A stretch of 64,000 nt of DNA. Origin: Clostridia bacterium. GTDB taxonomy: Bacteria > Bacillota > Clostridia > Christensenellales > UMGS416. The first letter of the stretch is position 1, and each line of letters begins with the position of its first letter. Positions 16,742-26,535 of this stretch are shown here, in pieces. Where the stretch lies: the NCBI GenBank assembly GCA_016938675.1, contig JAFGUF010000045.1, forward strand, positions 14,450 to 78,449. The letters are read 5' to 3'. Below the pieces are notes generated by a model. It was given only the letters and a program-made list of their open reading frames with translations, was not told the origin of the DNA and ran no database searches. A program made the position numbers and the translations under genes.

Positions 16742-17843
16742 AGTAAGGCAAATTGACGAAAGCAATCTAAAGGAGTTCATCAAGCTGCCTTTCAGGCTCT
16801 ATAAAAACGATCCTAATTGGGTGCCGCCATTAATATCCGAAATGAAAAGTATGCTTAATGCTGATAAAAACGTGTTTCTTCAAAGCCAGCATGCATTCTT
16901 CATTGCATACCGCGACGGCAAGCCTGCGGCGCGCATACTGGCAGGATATAATGAACCAGTTTCTAAGACCACGGGCATCTCAAACGGCTACTTTTCGCTT
17001 TTCGAGGCAGATGATGAGGAGAGCGGCGCTGCCGTGCTGGAAGCAGCTGAGACATACTTAAGAAACATCGGAACGGTAAAAATGTTCGGCCCATATTCCC
17101 CAACGGATGGCGAGGAAAACCGCGCGCTTCTGGTGGAAGGCTTTGATTCTCCGCCTGTTTTGTACGCGGCTTACAATCCCGAATGGTATATGCATACTTT
17201 TGAGGAATTCGGCCTGAAAAAATCATCAGACCTTCTTGCTTTTAAGATAGATACCGGCAAGATGCCCATAGAGAAGTTCCGAAAGATTGTTGGATACGCC
17301 AAGAAAAAATTTGGATTTGAGGCTTACCCTCTTAACCTAAGTCAGCTCGAAAGTGAGCTTATGGATATTCAGTCCATTCTAAAAGAATCCGCTATTGACG
17401 ATTGGGACACCGGGATTCCATCATGGGATTTAATTGTTCAGTCTGCTGAGGCCATGAAAACACTGGCTGACCCCGAATTAGTATACATTGTGAGGCACAA
17501 TGACGGGCGCCCGATAGCCTTTGTAGTATGCATTCCAAATTTCAACGAAGTACTTAAGCATATGAACGGACGACTTTTGCCATTTGGATTTATTAAATTT
17601 CTATACTGGAAAAATCGAATTTCCGGCCTGCGAGTGCTTATGCAATTCTGCATAAAAGAATACGAAAGAAAGGCTGCTGTTTCGGCAGCATATCTGGGAA
17701 TAATGGAAGCCGCTTTGAAAAAAGGCTACGACTGGGGAGATGCCTCCACTATAGGAGAAGAGAACTATAAATCTTGGCGTGCAGTAGTGGGCGCAGGCGG
17801 CAGGCAATACCGCCGATTTCGCTGGTATGTAAAGGAATTCTAG
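16731..17843 (+). CDS. GNAT-like acyltransferase-family protein (tentative)
   Basis: 370 aa. The N-terminal LKEFIKLPFRLYKNDPNWVPPL block is one I associate with a widespread GNAT-annotated family. The gene overlaps the transporter gene by 11 nt. Confidence 0.45.
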   Translation: MSIEVRQIDESNLKEFIKLPFRLYKNDPNWVPPLISEMKSMLNADKNVFLQSQHAFFIAYRDGKPAARILAGYNEPVSKTTGISNGYFSLFEADDEESGAAVLEAAETYLRNIGTVKMFGPYSPTDGEENRALLVEGFDSPPVLYAAYNPEWYMHTFEEFGLKKSSDLLAFKIDTGKMPIEKFRKIVGYAKKKFGFEAYPLNLSQLESELMDIQSILKESAIDDWDTGIPSWDLIVQSAEAMKTLADPELVYIVRHNDGRPIAFVVCIPNFNEVLKHMNGRLLPFGFIKFLYWKNRISGLRVLMQFCIKEYERKAAVSAAYLGIMEAALKKGYDWGDASTIGEENYKSWRAVVGAGGRQYRRFRWYVKEF

Positions 17844-17849
17844 TATTAC

Positions 17850-17887
17850 AAAAACACCTTCCGGAAAACAATCTGAAAGGTGTTTTT
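17850..17887. terminator. Bidirectional terminator between convergent genes
   Basis: aaaaacacctt pairs with aaggtgttttt to give an 11-bp stem with a 16-nt loop. A and T runs lie on the outer sides. Confidence 0.65.
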
Positions 17888-17907
17888 ATTAAAAATTATT
17901 GAGCTAA

Positions 17908-18741
17908 TCAGTCGAATTTCAGGCTTATATCCAGCGCCTTAACAGAATGGGTAAGGGCTCCAATTGATATGATGTCGACTCCTGTCTTTGCTACTTCCTC
18001 AAGGTCCTTCTCGCCCATATTGCCGGAGGCTTCGATAATTGCCCTTCCTGCTGCTATTTTTACTGCTTCAGTCATTGTATTGTTATCCATATTATCTAGC
18101 ATTATTATGTCTGCACCGGCTTTGAGCGCTTCATTCAGCTGCTGTATCGTTTCAACTTCCACTTCTATTTTAAGGGTATGCGGTGCGTTCCTTCTGGCTG
18201 CCTCTACTGCCTTTGTTATGCCGCCTGCCGCCTTTATGTGATTATCCTTTATCAGCACGCCGTCTGCAAGATTAAACCTGTGGTTGGCGCCGCCGCCTGC
18301 CTTTACAGCATATTTTTCGAATACTCTTAATCCGGGAGTAGTTTTTCTTGTATCAACAATCTTCGCCTTGTATCCTGATACTTTCTGAACTGCTTCATTG
18401 GTGTTTGTTGCTATGCCGGACATCCTCTGCATCAGGTTAAGCGCCAGTCTCTCGCCCGTCAGCACGGAGGCTGCATCCCCTGAAATAGTGCCGATTATAT
18501 CACCTTTATTAACATGCTCGCCATCCTTTAAGCTGCAATTAAACTCTATACTTTTATCAGCATAATCAAAAACTGCCCTTGCTACCTCTATTCCGCATAT
18601 GATTCCCGATTCCTTGGCTATAAACCTGCCTGATATCTTAGTCCCCTCCGGTACTGTGCTCAATGTTGTGATATCACCGGTTCCTATATCCTCTTGTAAG
18701 GACCTCTTAATAAAATCCCTCATTATATCTTTATCAATCAT
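17908..18741 (-). CDS. nadC: Nicotinate-nucleotide (quinolinate) phosphoribosyltransferase
   Basis: It carries the IVDTRKTTPGLR and GGGANHRFNLADGVLIKDNH signatures. Confidence 0.9.
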   Translation of the reverse strand: MIDKDIMRDFIKRSLQEDIGTGDITTLSTVPEGTKISGRFIAKESGIICGIEVARAVFDYADKSIEFNCSLKDGEHVNKGDIIGTISGDAASVLTGERLALNLMQRMSGIATNTNEAVQKVSGYKAKIVDTRKTTPGLRVFEKYAVKAGGGANHRFNLADGVLIKDNHIKAAGGITKAVEAARRNAPHTLKIEVEVETIQQLNEALKAGADIIMLDNMDNNTMTEAVKIAAGRAIIEASGNMGEKDLEEVAKTGVDIISIGALTHSVKALDISLKFD

Positions 18742-20281
18742 CTATGTCGTCCTCCCTGTAGTGCGCTCCCATTGATTTTTTTCTTGCTATGGCCGCCTTG
18801 AAAATCTCCTCTGAGACTAAGCACATGTTATATAGCTCCATCGCCTCAACTGTACTCAGCTCTGCTTCCTCCAGCATCTGCGTTATCTTGTGCGCTTTCT
18901 CGAATCCTAGCCGCAGGTATTTATCGCTCCGCAGTATTCCGCAGTATTTTACCATGATTCCTTTCAGGTTTATGCTTTCTTCATATAGATCTATATGCTC
19001 ACCTGAAATGTTTTGCCGCGTAAATTCCACTGATCCGCAGCCCTTGCGAGTCGGTTTGCTGTTTATTGACTGCGCCGCTCTTCTGCCGAATACGAGGCAT
19101 TCAAGGGTTGAGTTGCTCGCCAGCCTGTTTGCCCCATGCACGCCCGTACAGGCAGCCTCTCCGCATGTATATAGCCCTTCGATATTTGTCCTGCCATCCA
19201 AATCGCTCTTTATTCCGCCCATTATGTAGTGCTGCGCCGGGCCAACAGGGATAGGCTCTTTGGCTATATCAACGCCATTAACCATACAATTATTATATAT
19301 AGTAGGAAACCTGCTCTCAAGAAATTCCCTTTCCTTGAAAGAAATATCCAGATTAACATATGGCGAAGCCTGATTTTCAATCTCGCGGTATATTTCTCTG
19401 GCTACAATATCTCTAGGCGCAAGCTCGCATCTTTCGTGCCTGCCCACCATAAATCTTTCGCCCTTGTCATTATACAAAAGCCCGCCTTCACCGCGCACAG
19501 CTTCTGATATTAGAAAGCACTGCTTGTTTCTGTTCGTCGAGCTGTAGAATCCCGTCGGATGGAACTGAACAAATTCCATATCCACAATCTCTGCCCCTGC
19601 CCTTTTAGCCATCGCTATGCCGTCGCCTGTTGCAACCAATGGATTTGTTGTGTACCTATATACCTGGCCTATACCACCGGATGCAACTATAACATGATTT
19701 GTTCTAAAAAAATGCCAGCCGTTATTATAGGCCGCGACTCCGCATACCTTATCATTTTCATCTGTTATAATGTCCGCTACAAAGTATTTTTGCAGCAGTT
19801 CAACATTGCTGCGCTCCTTTACCATCTGCTTAAGTATGCGCACTATTTCCTTGCCGGTTGCGTCACCGCCGCTATGCAGTATCCTTCGCCTGCCATGCCC
19901 GCCTTCCATTGTGGCTTTCAGGTGGCCCTCACTGTCCGTATCGAAATTAATGCCGAGGTCAATTAGCCTGTTTATGTCGTCCGGACCTTCCTCGACTATC
20001 GTATGAACGGCTGCCTCGTCGCAGTGTCCCGCTCCTGCCTTAACGGTGTCTTCAAAATGATACTCAAACTTGTCTTCGCTCTCAAGTACCACTGCTATGC
20101 CGCCCTGGGCCAGTGATGAGGAGCTGACATCAGTTTTATCCTTGGTAAATATTACGCAGGATTTATCCTCGTCTATATTATATGCGGCATAAAGTCCCGC
20201 TATTCCGCTGCCTATTATTGCTACATCTGCCTCATGCTGATCAAACTCCTCAAAAGGCGTATTAAAAAGATATCTTCTCAT
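18734..20281 (-). CDS. nadB: L-aspartate oxidase
   Basis: It has the FAD fold VAIIGSGIAGLYAA and the motifs ELAPRDIVAR, HYIMGGI and GANRLASNS. It overlaps nadC by 8 nt. Confidence 0.9.
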   Translation of the reverse strand: MRRYLFNTPFEEFDQHEADVAIIGSGIAGLYAAYNIDEDKSCVIFTKDKTDVSSSSLAQGGIAVVLESEDKFEYHFEDTVKAGAGHCDEAAVHTIVEEGPDDINRLIDLGINFDTDSEGHLKATMEGGHGRRRILHSGGDATGKEIVRILKQMVKERSNVELLQKYFVADIITDENDKVCGVAAYNNGWHFFRTNHVIVASGGIGQVYRYTTNPLVATGDGIAMAKRAGAEIVDMEFVQFHPTGFYSSTNRNKQCFLISEAVRGEGGLLYNDKGERFMVGRHERCELAPRDIVAREIYREIENQASPYVNLDISFKEREFLESRFPTIYNNCMVNGVDIAKEPIPVGPAQHYIMGGIKSDLDGRTNIEGLYTCGEAACTGVHGANRLASNSTLECLVFGRRAAQSINSKPTRKGCGSVEFTRQNISGEHIDLYEESINLKGIMVKYCGILRSDKYLRLGFEKAHKITQMLEEAELSTVEAMELYNMCLVSEEIFKAAIARKKSMGAHYREDDIDD

Positions 20282-20289
20282 ATTCTCCC

Positions 20290-21210
20290 TCAGCTTAGCT
20301 CCAGCATCCTGTCAAGGCTTGCCTGCGCTTTGCTTCTTATCTCTTCATCCAGTTCAATTACGTTTATTGGCTTGCTCGCTTCTAGGCTTTCAAATGCCAT
20401 GAGCAAATCATTTAGTGTGGTTTTCTTCATATCGTCGCATACAAAATTAGAAGATACCATAACGAATTCCTTATCGGGGTTTTGCTCCTTCAACTTGTAA
20501 AGGATGCCGTCTTCTGTGCCCACAATTATTGTTTTTGCTTCCACTTCGCCAGCCTGATTCAGTATCTGGGTAGTGCTTCCAACAAAGTCTGCCAGTTCTA
20601 TTACGTCATCCGGACACTCAGGGTGGACTAAAAATGGAGCTCCCGGGTATTTCTCCTTGGCTTCCAGCACTTGGCCTGCAACTATAATGTCATGCACCGG
20701 ACAATATCCGTCAACTGTAATTACTTCCTTATTTTCTGCATTTTCTGCAACATATCTGCCGAGATTTTTATCCGGCAGGAAAACAATGCGCTTTTGCTCA
20801 AGTGAATTGACTATCTTTACGGAGTTTGATGAAGTGCAGCATACATCGCATTCTGCTTTTACCTCAGCGGATGTATTAACATAGCATACAAATGCAGCAT
20901 CAGGATATTGCTTTTTCAGTTTCTTTACGTCCTCTGCAGTTATCATATCCGCCATAGGGCAGCCTGCATCCATATTAGGCAGTATCACTGTCTTTTCAGG
21001 GCTTAGTATTTTTGCGCTCTCCGCCATGAATTTAACTCCGCAGAAGACTATCACATCAGCATCGGTATCTGCTGACTTTTTGCTCAGTCCGTAGGAATCG
21101 CCCACCATGTCGGCAACGGCCTGAATCTCCGGTATCTGATAATAATGCGCAAGTATCACTGCATTATGCTTCTTTTTAAGTTCCTGTATCCTATCTACGA
21201 TTTCTTTCAT
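20290..21210 (-). CDS. nadA: Quinolinate synthase
   Basis: It has the ILAHYYQ start block, FMAESAKIL, and conserved Cys residues in the CPMA, CYVN and HPECP regions. Confidence 0.9.
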   Translation of the reverse strand: MKEIVDRIQELKKKHNAVILAHYYQIPEIQAVADMVGDSYGLSKKSADTDADVIVFCGVKFMAESAKILSPEKTVILPNMDAGCPMADMITAEDVKKLKKQYPDAAFVCYVNTSAEVKAECDVCCTSSNSVKIVNSLEQKRIVFLPDKNLGRYVAENAENKEVITVDGYCPVHDIIVAGQVLEAKEKYPGAPFLVHPECPDDVIELADFVGSTTQILNQAGEVEAKTIIVGTEDGILYKLKEQNPDKEFVMVSSNFVCDDMKKTTLNDLLMAFESLEASKPINVIELDEEIRSKAQASLDRMLELS

Positions 21211-21254
21211 AGTTACCTCCTTTTTTTGCTTCCATTATGTTCTTTTATACCTTG

Positions 21255-22235
21255 CTAAAATAATTCCAGCATGTCATCAGCTGATATTTTGAAAAAATAC
21301 TCGCCTGCGTTTACTTCATAGAGTTTCTTCTTTATTATGTCCTTGTCATAAGGGATTCCAATAAGCGCCGCTTTGAGTTCGCCGATTTCTTTCTGGGCGA
21401 AAAAATCACCATAGAATCCTATATCGGAAATCAGCCCCTTATCTACAGATACGCATACCTGCATTTTGCCGCCTTCAAATCGGTTTTCATTTTTTATGCT
21501 GAATTCCGGCGTCCTGCCTATATTCCATTCCCATGTGTCGAACTTTTCCTGCTTGAGAATATTTATTCTGGCTATATCATATTCTGTCAGCTCATATTTT
21601 TCCATATCTTTGAGCAGATAAAACAGCATTATATCCTTGAATTCCTCGCTTGTAATTTTCTGCGGCAGGTAGTCCAAAACATTCGTTACCCTCTGCCTTA
21701 CAGACTTTATGCCCTTTGATATTATTTTTTCATCATCCACATTTAATGCTCTTACCATCTCTTCAATATCTGTATCAAACAGCAGTGAGCCATGATGTAG
21801 GCTGACGCTTTTGTCATGAAACTGCGCATTGCCCGAGAATTTCTTCCCGTCAATCAAAAGGTCATTCCTTCCGCTCAGGGATGCATCCACGCCCATACTT
21901 GCCAGTGCCGCGATGATCGGCTTTGTGTGCTTTACGAAGTCAACTTTCCCCTCGTCTTCATTACCGTCTTTTATTATAAAAGAAAACTGCCAGCCGTTAA
22001 GGTCAGTATATATGGTTCCGCCGCCGGTTATCCTTCTGACTATATTTATATTCTTCTTTTTGGCGTATTCCATGTTTACTTCCTGATAAGGGTTCTGATA
22101 CCTTCCAATCATAAGCGTTGGCTGCGTGCGCCAAAATATAAAATAAGAATCCGCTATGTCAAGCTCCCGCATCAGGTAATTTTCCAGTGCAAAATTGAAA
22201 TTTGCGTCTGTGCTTTTGCTTTCTACATAAATCAT
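21255..22235 (-). CDS. lplA: Lipoate-protein ligase A
   Basis: The [16 protein letters not shown] motif (RRxSGGGAVyHD type) is present, as is KFSGNAQ. Confidence 0.85.
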   Translation of the reverse strand: MIYVESKSTDANFNFALENYLMRELDIADSYFIFWRTQPTLMIGRYQNPYQEVNMEYAKKKNINIVRRITGGGTIYTDLNGWQFSFIIKDGNEDEGKVDFVKHTKPIIAALASMGVDASLSGRNDLLIDGKKFSGNAQFHDKSVSLHHGSLLFDTDIEEMVRALNVDDEKIISKGIKSVRQRVTNVLDYLPQKITSEEFKDIMLFYLLKDMEKYELTEYDIARINILKQEKFDTWEWNIGRTPEFSIKNENRFEGGKMQVCVSVDKGLISDIGFYGDFFAQKEIGELKAALIGIPYDKDIIKKKLYEVNAGEYFFKISADDMLELF

Positions 22236-23104
22236 TTATCAGCTCCCATTTTTGCCACTGCATTCATTCCTTCTGAAGCATTGTAGGAGCTCCTTACAAA
22301 AGGCCCGCTGGCTACATATTTAAATCCCTTTTCAAGCCCTGTTTTTCTATAATCCTCAAATACATCTGGATGAACATATTCGGTTACCTCAATATGGCTC
22401 TTCGATGGCTGCAGATACTGTCCTATTGTCAGAATGCCGCATCCTGTTTCCAGCAAATCATCCATTAGCTTAAGCATCTCTTCCCGTGTTTCGCCCAGCC
22501 CTACCATAACTCCGCTCTTTGTGTGTATTTCAGGGTTTGCATCCTTTACTCTGCGCAAAAGCTCCAGCGACCTTTCATACTGCGCCATCGGACGCACTTT
22601 TGAATAAAGGCTTTTAACGGTTTCTACATTGTGGTTTATTATATCTGGCTTTTCCTTTATAACTGTCATAAGAGACTCATAATCACCCTGAAAATCAGGG
22701 ATAAGCACTTCCACTGTGCTATCTGGGAGATATTCGCGAATCTTGCGTATTGTCTCTGCAAAATGCCCCGCTCCGTTATCAGGAAGGTCATCCCTTGTTA
22801 CGCTGGTTACAACCACGTGCTTAAGCCCTAGTTTTTTCGCCGCCCTTGCTACATTTTCAGGCTCGTTTTTGTCTAGTTCCTGCGGCGCGCCCTTTGTCAC
22901 CTTGCAGAATCTGCAGTTCCTTGTGCAGTTTTCTCCGAGAATCATGAAAGTCGCTGTTTTGTTTTTATAGCACTCGCCTCTGTTCGGGCAGCCCGCACTG
23001 CTGCATACAGTATTTAAGGATAGCGCTTTAAGTATCTCTTCTGTGTCATGCTGGCCTCCGAAATCAACCTTTTTCTTTAGCCATTCCGGTTTTCTTTTTT
23101 CCAT
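22232..23104 (-). CDS. lipA: Lipoyl synthase (radical SAM)
   Basis: It has the CTRNCRFC radical-SAM motif plus the auxiliary cluster [12 protein letters not shown]. An ATGA overlap joins it to lplA. Confidence 0.9.
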   Translation of the reverse strand: MEKRKPEWLKKKVDFGGQHDTEEILKALSLNTVCSSAGCPNRGECYKNKTATFMILGENCTRNCRFCKVTKGAPQELDKNEPENVARAAKKLGLKHVVVTSVTRDDLPDNGAGHFAETIRKIREYLPDSTVEVLIPDFQGDYESLMTVIKEKPDIINHNVETVKSLYSKVRPMAQYERSLELLRRVKDANPEIHTKSGVMVGLGETREEMLKLMDDLLETGCGILTIGQYLQPSKSHIEVTEYVHPDVFEDYRKTGLEKGFKYVASGPFVRSSYNASEGMNAVAKMGADK

Positions 23105-23361
23105 TATTATTCCTTTTATTTAATTCTGATATACAGACCGGATTTTGTATACTTACTCCGGCGCATTACTATTATAGCCCATTGATAATAAATAAAAAAG
23201 TTTTTTTAGTTTTAATAATAGCTTTTTAATCCTGAATTATAGGTCAACTTATTAAAATATACTTATTTTTGGCAATCCCTGCTTTTACAGAAGTAAGCCA
23301 AAAGACCATGCCTCACCACCTTTATGTGCCTGCATAGTCTTTGATTTGTTCTTTTTCTTTT

Positions 23362-26300
23362 TTAGTCATTATCAGCTATTGATCCAAAATAATCCCGGAT
23401 TATTTCATAGCTGTCTTTGAGTCTTGGAGTATAGTCAGGCACATCCCAGCTCTCCCACATAAACGGCTTTGCTACGCTGCTTTTTGCTTCGCCGATTACC
23501 ATCCCATCAGCTTTTTCCGCAAGAATTACACCTGCGAGAATCCCATCTGTTTTTACTGTGCCTATTTCTTCCTTCAGCGGCACCGGGATGTAATCTTCAT
23601 CATAAAGCACTATCATGTCAGAAGGATCGCTGAAGCAAATAAGCATCCATGGAATCCTTAAAAATATGTTGTTTCCTGAAACATTCCATGTATAAAGGGT
23701 GTTGTTATCAAAGCTTCCGTAGTCAAGCATACTAATGTTGTCATATACTGCATCAATATGCACTCCCTGTTTTGTAACAGTTTCCTTATTTGTCAGCACG
23801 ACCATTTCCTCGTATATTCCATCACTAGTCTGCGTTGGTGCATATAGCCCCTTTGTAAAGTTATACCCCGGGTGAACGAGTATTTCAGCTTCCTTTTCAT
23901 CTGAAATATCAATGACAAACTCCATACCGAACGGCGCATATGCCTCTAAATCTTCGGCATATTTATCATCTCCCAGGTCTCTGCGGAATGTATCAAGCCC
24001 CACTATAAGCCTTTCATTTTCGAAGTTAATGCTCTTTGAAAGGTTAACTGTGATATATAGGTATTCTTCATCCATGCCTAATTCTAATGAGCTAATATTC
24101 TCTGTTCCTTCAATTATATATTCTTCGCTTCTTATCTCCCCTGCTTCCATTGCGTATATTCCGTAGTTTTGCTCCGGGTCAGCTACATTGTGCCATAGCA
24201 CATTTCTTTCATATGGAATTATATAGGGTTCTGTCGTCCATGTCTTTTTTGCCCATTCGTCTGACCATTCGAATATTATTCCCCCCGCGAAGTTCTCTCT
24301 TCTGATAGCTTCCATCATCCGCACTATCCCTTCACCCTGCTCTTGTTCACTTAGTCCTCCGTGGTTATATCCGTCAGGGTTGCTGTGGGCGTCGCCCATG
24401 CCTGTTGATAGCCCGAACTCGGCTACAATCGCCGGATATTTTTTGTGTCCGGCAATAAATTCCCGAAGGTACCCACCATATCGGAACACGCCTTCGTTAT
24501 CTTCGTATTCCGCGTAGGAAGCCTCGTTATTCATGAAATCAGGATAGTTGGGATATATATGATATGCCCCGAAAAATCCTGGCTTCAGGCTGTCTTTAAC
24601 CTCAATATTGTTTATATCTATTGATACTTTGTCGTTATACTCCAGCTCTTTGTCGCCCTGCTCGTTCCACTCGCTGTCGTGCTCTGCCGTGTCCAGCGTG
24701 GGCCAGCTGACAATGCCGACTGGGTGCTGCCAACCGTGCTTTTCCTCTTCATAGCCGGCTACATAATCGCAGCTCATAGCCAGCCACGCCTCAGTCGGCG
24801 AGGCTTCATCTGCGCAATACAGATAGTCCCCTTCAAATGTGAAGCCCTCATTTAGCTCATTGGTAGCTGTGACTTCCTCCGGCTCTAGCTCACGCCCAAC
24901 TAGGTATCCCGCAAGATACGGCGATACATCACTGGTATATATTCCGTAGGCTCTTCCAGTCCTAAATGGTATATTTGCCTGTCCGTTAATAGCATCCACG
25001 ACATATTCTATTTCCTGCCTGTATGCTTCATTATAGTCATCTTTTAGATAATTGCCGTCTTCAGGGTTTTCCTCCGGCCATATTTCCTGAAACAGCCACA
25101 AAGGCTTCTCCGGGTGGCTTTCATTATAATAGACAAATGCAGTGTAGAACTGTGGCGGAAGCAGAGTATATACCCTTACGGTATTCGCATTCATTTCCGC
25201 AATCTGCTCAAGCCATTCAAGGTAGTGGCTTTCGCTTGTATCAAACTGGGTAAACCATTTGCCCGGAGTCGATGAACCAATATTTACCCCCTTAATGAAA
25301 TAGTCCTGCCATTGCCCATCAGCAAGTATCTGGAATTCTGACGAAGCTGCGCGTACATTATATTGTGTTTCCTGCAACGCTGTATCGCCTTGTCCCTTCT
25401 TCGATGTGATGTCTTCTAATATGCTTGTCATCATTGGCACATAGCATCGCCAATAAAATTCCGAATTTTCTCCTTTTTCGCCCAGAGGCAGCAGCTTCTT
25501 AAATTCAGCGAAACCTTTCAGATTCCACCATTTGTATTCAATATTCCCGTCTGCAAAATCACCTGCAAAATAGTATGATGTATACTGTGTGTTTTTGTTT
25601 CTGGTAACTGCAGGGAAGGTATCTTGAAGTCCTAGTGCCGCGAGCTTTTGTGCCCCGCTTTCAGTAACGTCAAATGTGAAATCAGCGATGATTTCAGCGG
25701 AGCTGTCCGGTATTGTAAACTCAAACCAATAGTCATATGGTATGCTTTCGTTTATTCCGAACTCCTCCCAGTACTCCTCTCTGAACGATATGAATATCTG
25801 GTCTTTTCCATAGTCTTTATCTTTTTCAAATACCACTATTTTATCATCATTATAAACAAGTATTATGCCTTCGCCTGAAAATCTCCATTCGTTCCCCGTC
25901 TCCTCTTCATAGCTATTCACCGCCCAAGCAGGCACCTCTATTCCCTTGCTTAGGTCGAAGAAATACCTTCCGCTCCAGCCTGTCCAATCCATTCTGAATA
26001 TCTCCCCTAGCTGGTCCCTGTTCACTTGGTTTGTGGGCGCAGAAGCCGTGTTGAACTCCCCTATTATTGTGTTTCCTCTGCCAAGGTTTGCTTTTATCTT
26101 TGCGGTTTCCTCTTCCAGCAGGCCGCCTTCAATCAGCTCTGAGCGTGTGCCCTGAATATTCTCTGCAAAGTAATCATCCTCATATACTCCATAAGTATCT
26201 GCTAGGTAAATAAGATCCGGATATTCGATACCATCTGGAATTTCTTTAGTTTCATATGTATCTTCATCTATCGGATAGAAGCCGTAATAGTCCTTCGAGT

Positions 26301-26535
26301 ATTCATATGGTTTTCCTGTTTTTTCAGATATTATTTTCTCGTTGTTAAGCAGCCATAGCAGCCCTTTGTGCTCCCTGAAATCTGTGTTGGGCACTGTCTT
26401 GTCAATGATCCATATATTGAGCGCAGTGCTTTCCATATTCCTGTATGCGGCATAGGGATAAATGAGCAGAAAACCTAGTAGTAACACAAGGCCAATAATA
26501 ATCAAATTCAATATTGCTACCAATGCCTTTTTCAT
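23362..26535 (-). CDS. Large membrane-anchored extracytoplasmic protein with clan GH-A-like (TIM-barrel glycosidase/transglycosylase-like) region; exopolysaccharide-associated (tentative)
   Basis: 1057 aa with a single N-terminal TM helix (LVAILNLIIIGLVLLLGFLLIY). NANTVRVYTLLPP, AIVAEFGLSTG and GGIIFEWSDEW resemble the GH-A strand-4 and strand-7 acid/nucleophile contexts. A 4-nt overlap joins it to the GT2 gene. Confidence 0.55.
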   Translation of the reverse strand: MKKALVAILNLIIIGLVLLLGFLLIYPYAAYRNMESTALNIWIIDKTVPNTDFREHKGLLWLLNNEKIISEKTGKPYEYSKDYYGFYPIDEDTYETKEIPDGIEYPDLIYLADTYGVYEDDYFAENIQGTRSELIEGGLLEEETAKIKANLGRGNTIIGEFNTASAPTNQVNRDQLGEIFRMDWTGWSGRYFFDLSKGIEVPAWAVNSYEEETGNEWRFSGEGIILVYNDDKIVVFEKDKDYGKDQIFISFREEYWEEFGINESIPYDYWFEFTIPDSSAEIIADFTFDVTESGAQKLAALGLQDTFPAVTRNKNTQYTSYYFAGDFADGNIEYKWWNLKGFAEFKKLLPLGEKGENSEFYWRCYVPMMTSILEDITSKKGQGDTALQETQYNVRAASSEFQILADGQWQDYFIKGVNIGSSTPGKWFTQFDTSESHYLEWLEQIAEMNANTVRVYTLLPPQFYTAFVYYNESHPEKPLWLFQEIWPEENPEDGNYLKDDYNEAYRQEIEYVVDAINGQANIPFRTGRAYGIYTSDVSPYLAGYLVGRELEPEEVTATNELNEGFTFEGDYLYCADEASPTEAWLAMSCDYVAGYEEEKHGWQHPVGIVSWPTLDTAEHDSEWNEQGDKELEYNDKVSIDINNIEVKDSLKPGFFGAYHIYPNYPDFMNNEASYAEYEDNEGVFRYGGYLREFIAGHKKYPAIVAEFGLSTGMGDAHSNPDGYNHGGLSEQEQGEGIVRMMEAIRRENFAGGIIFEWSDEWAKKTWTTEPYIIPYERNVLWHNVADPEQNYGIYAMEAGEIRSEEYIIEGTENISSLELGMDEEYLYITVNLSKSINFENERLIVGLDTFRRDLGDDKYAEDLEAYAPFGMEFVIDISDEKEAEILVHPGYNFTKGLYAPTQTSDGIYEEMVVLTNKETVTKQGVHIDAVYDNISMLDYGSFDNNTLYTWNVSGNNIFLRIPWMLICFSDPSDMIVLYDEDYIPVPLKEEIGTVKTDGILAGVILAEKADGMVIGEAKSSVAKPFMWESWDVPDYTPRLKDSYEIIRDYFGSIADND

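Noticed and set aside
23302-23341. Possible terminator after the 1057-aa gene (aagaccatgc ... gcatagtctt)
   Set aside because: It is a 10-bp stem with one mismatch but a 20-nt loop and only a weak T-run. That is too weak to list as a feature, so the true 3' end of the EPS operon is undetermined.
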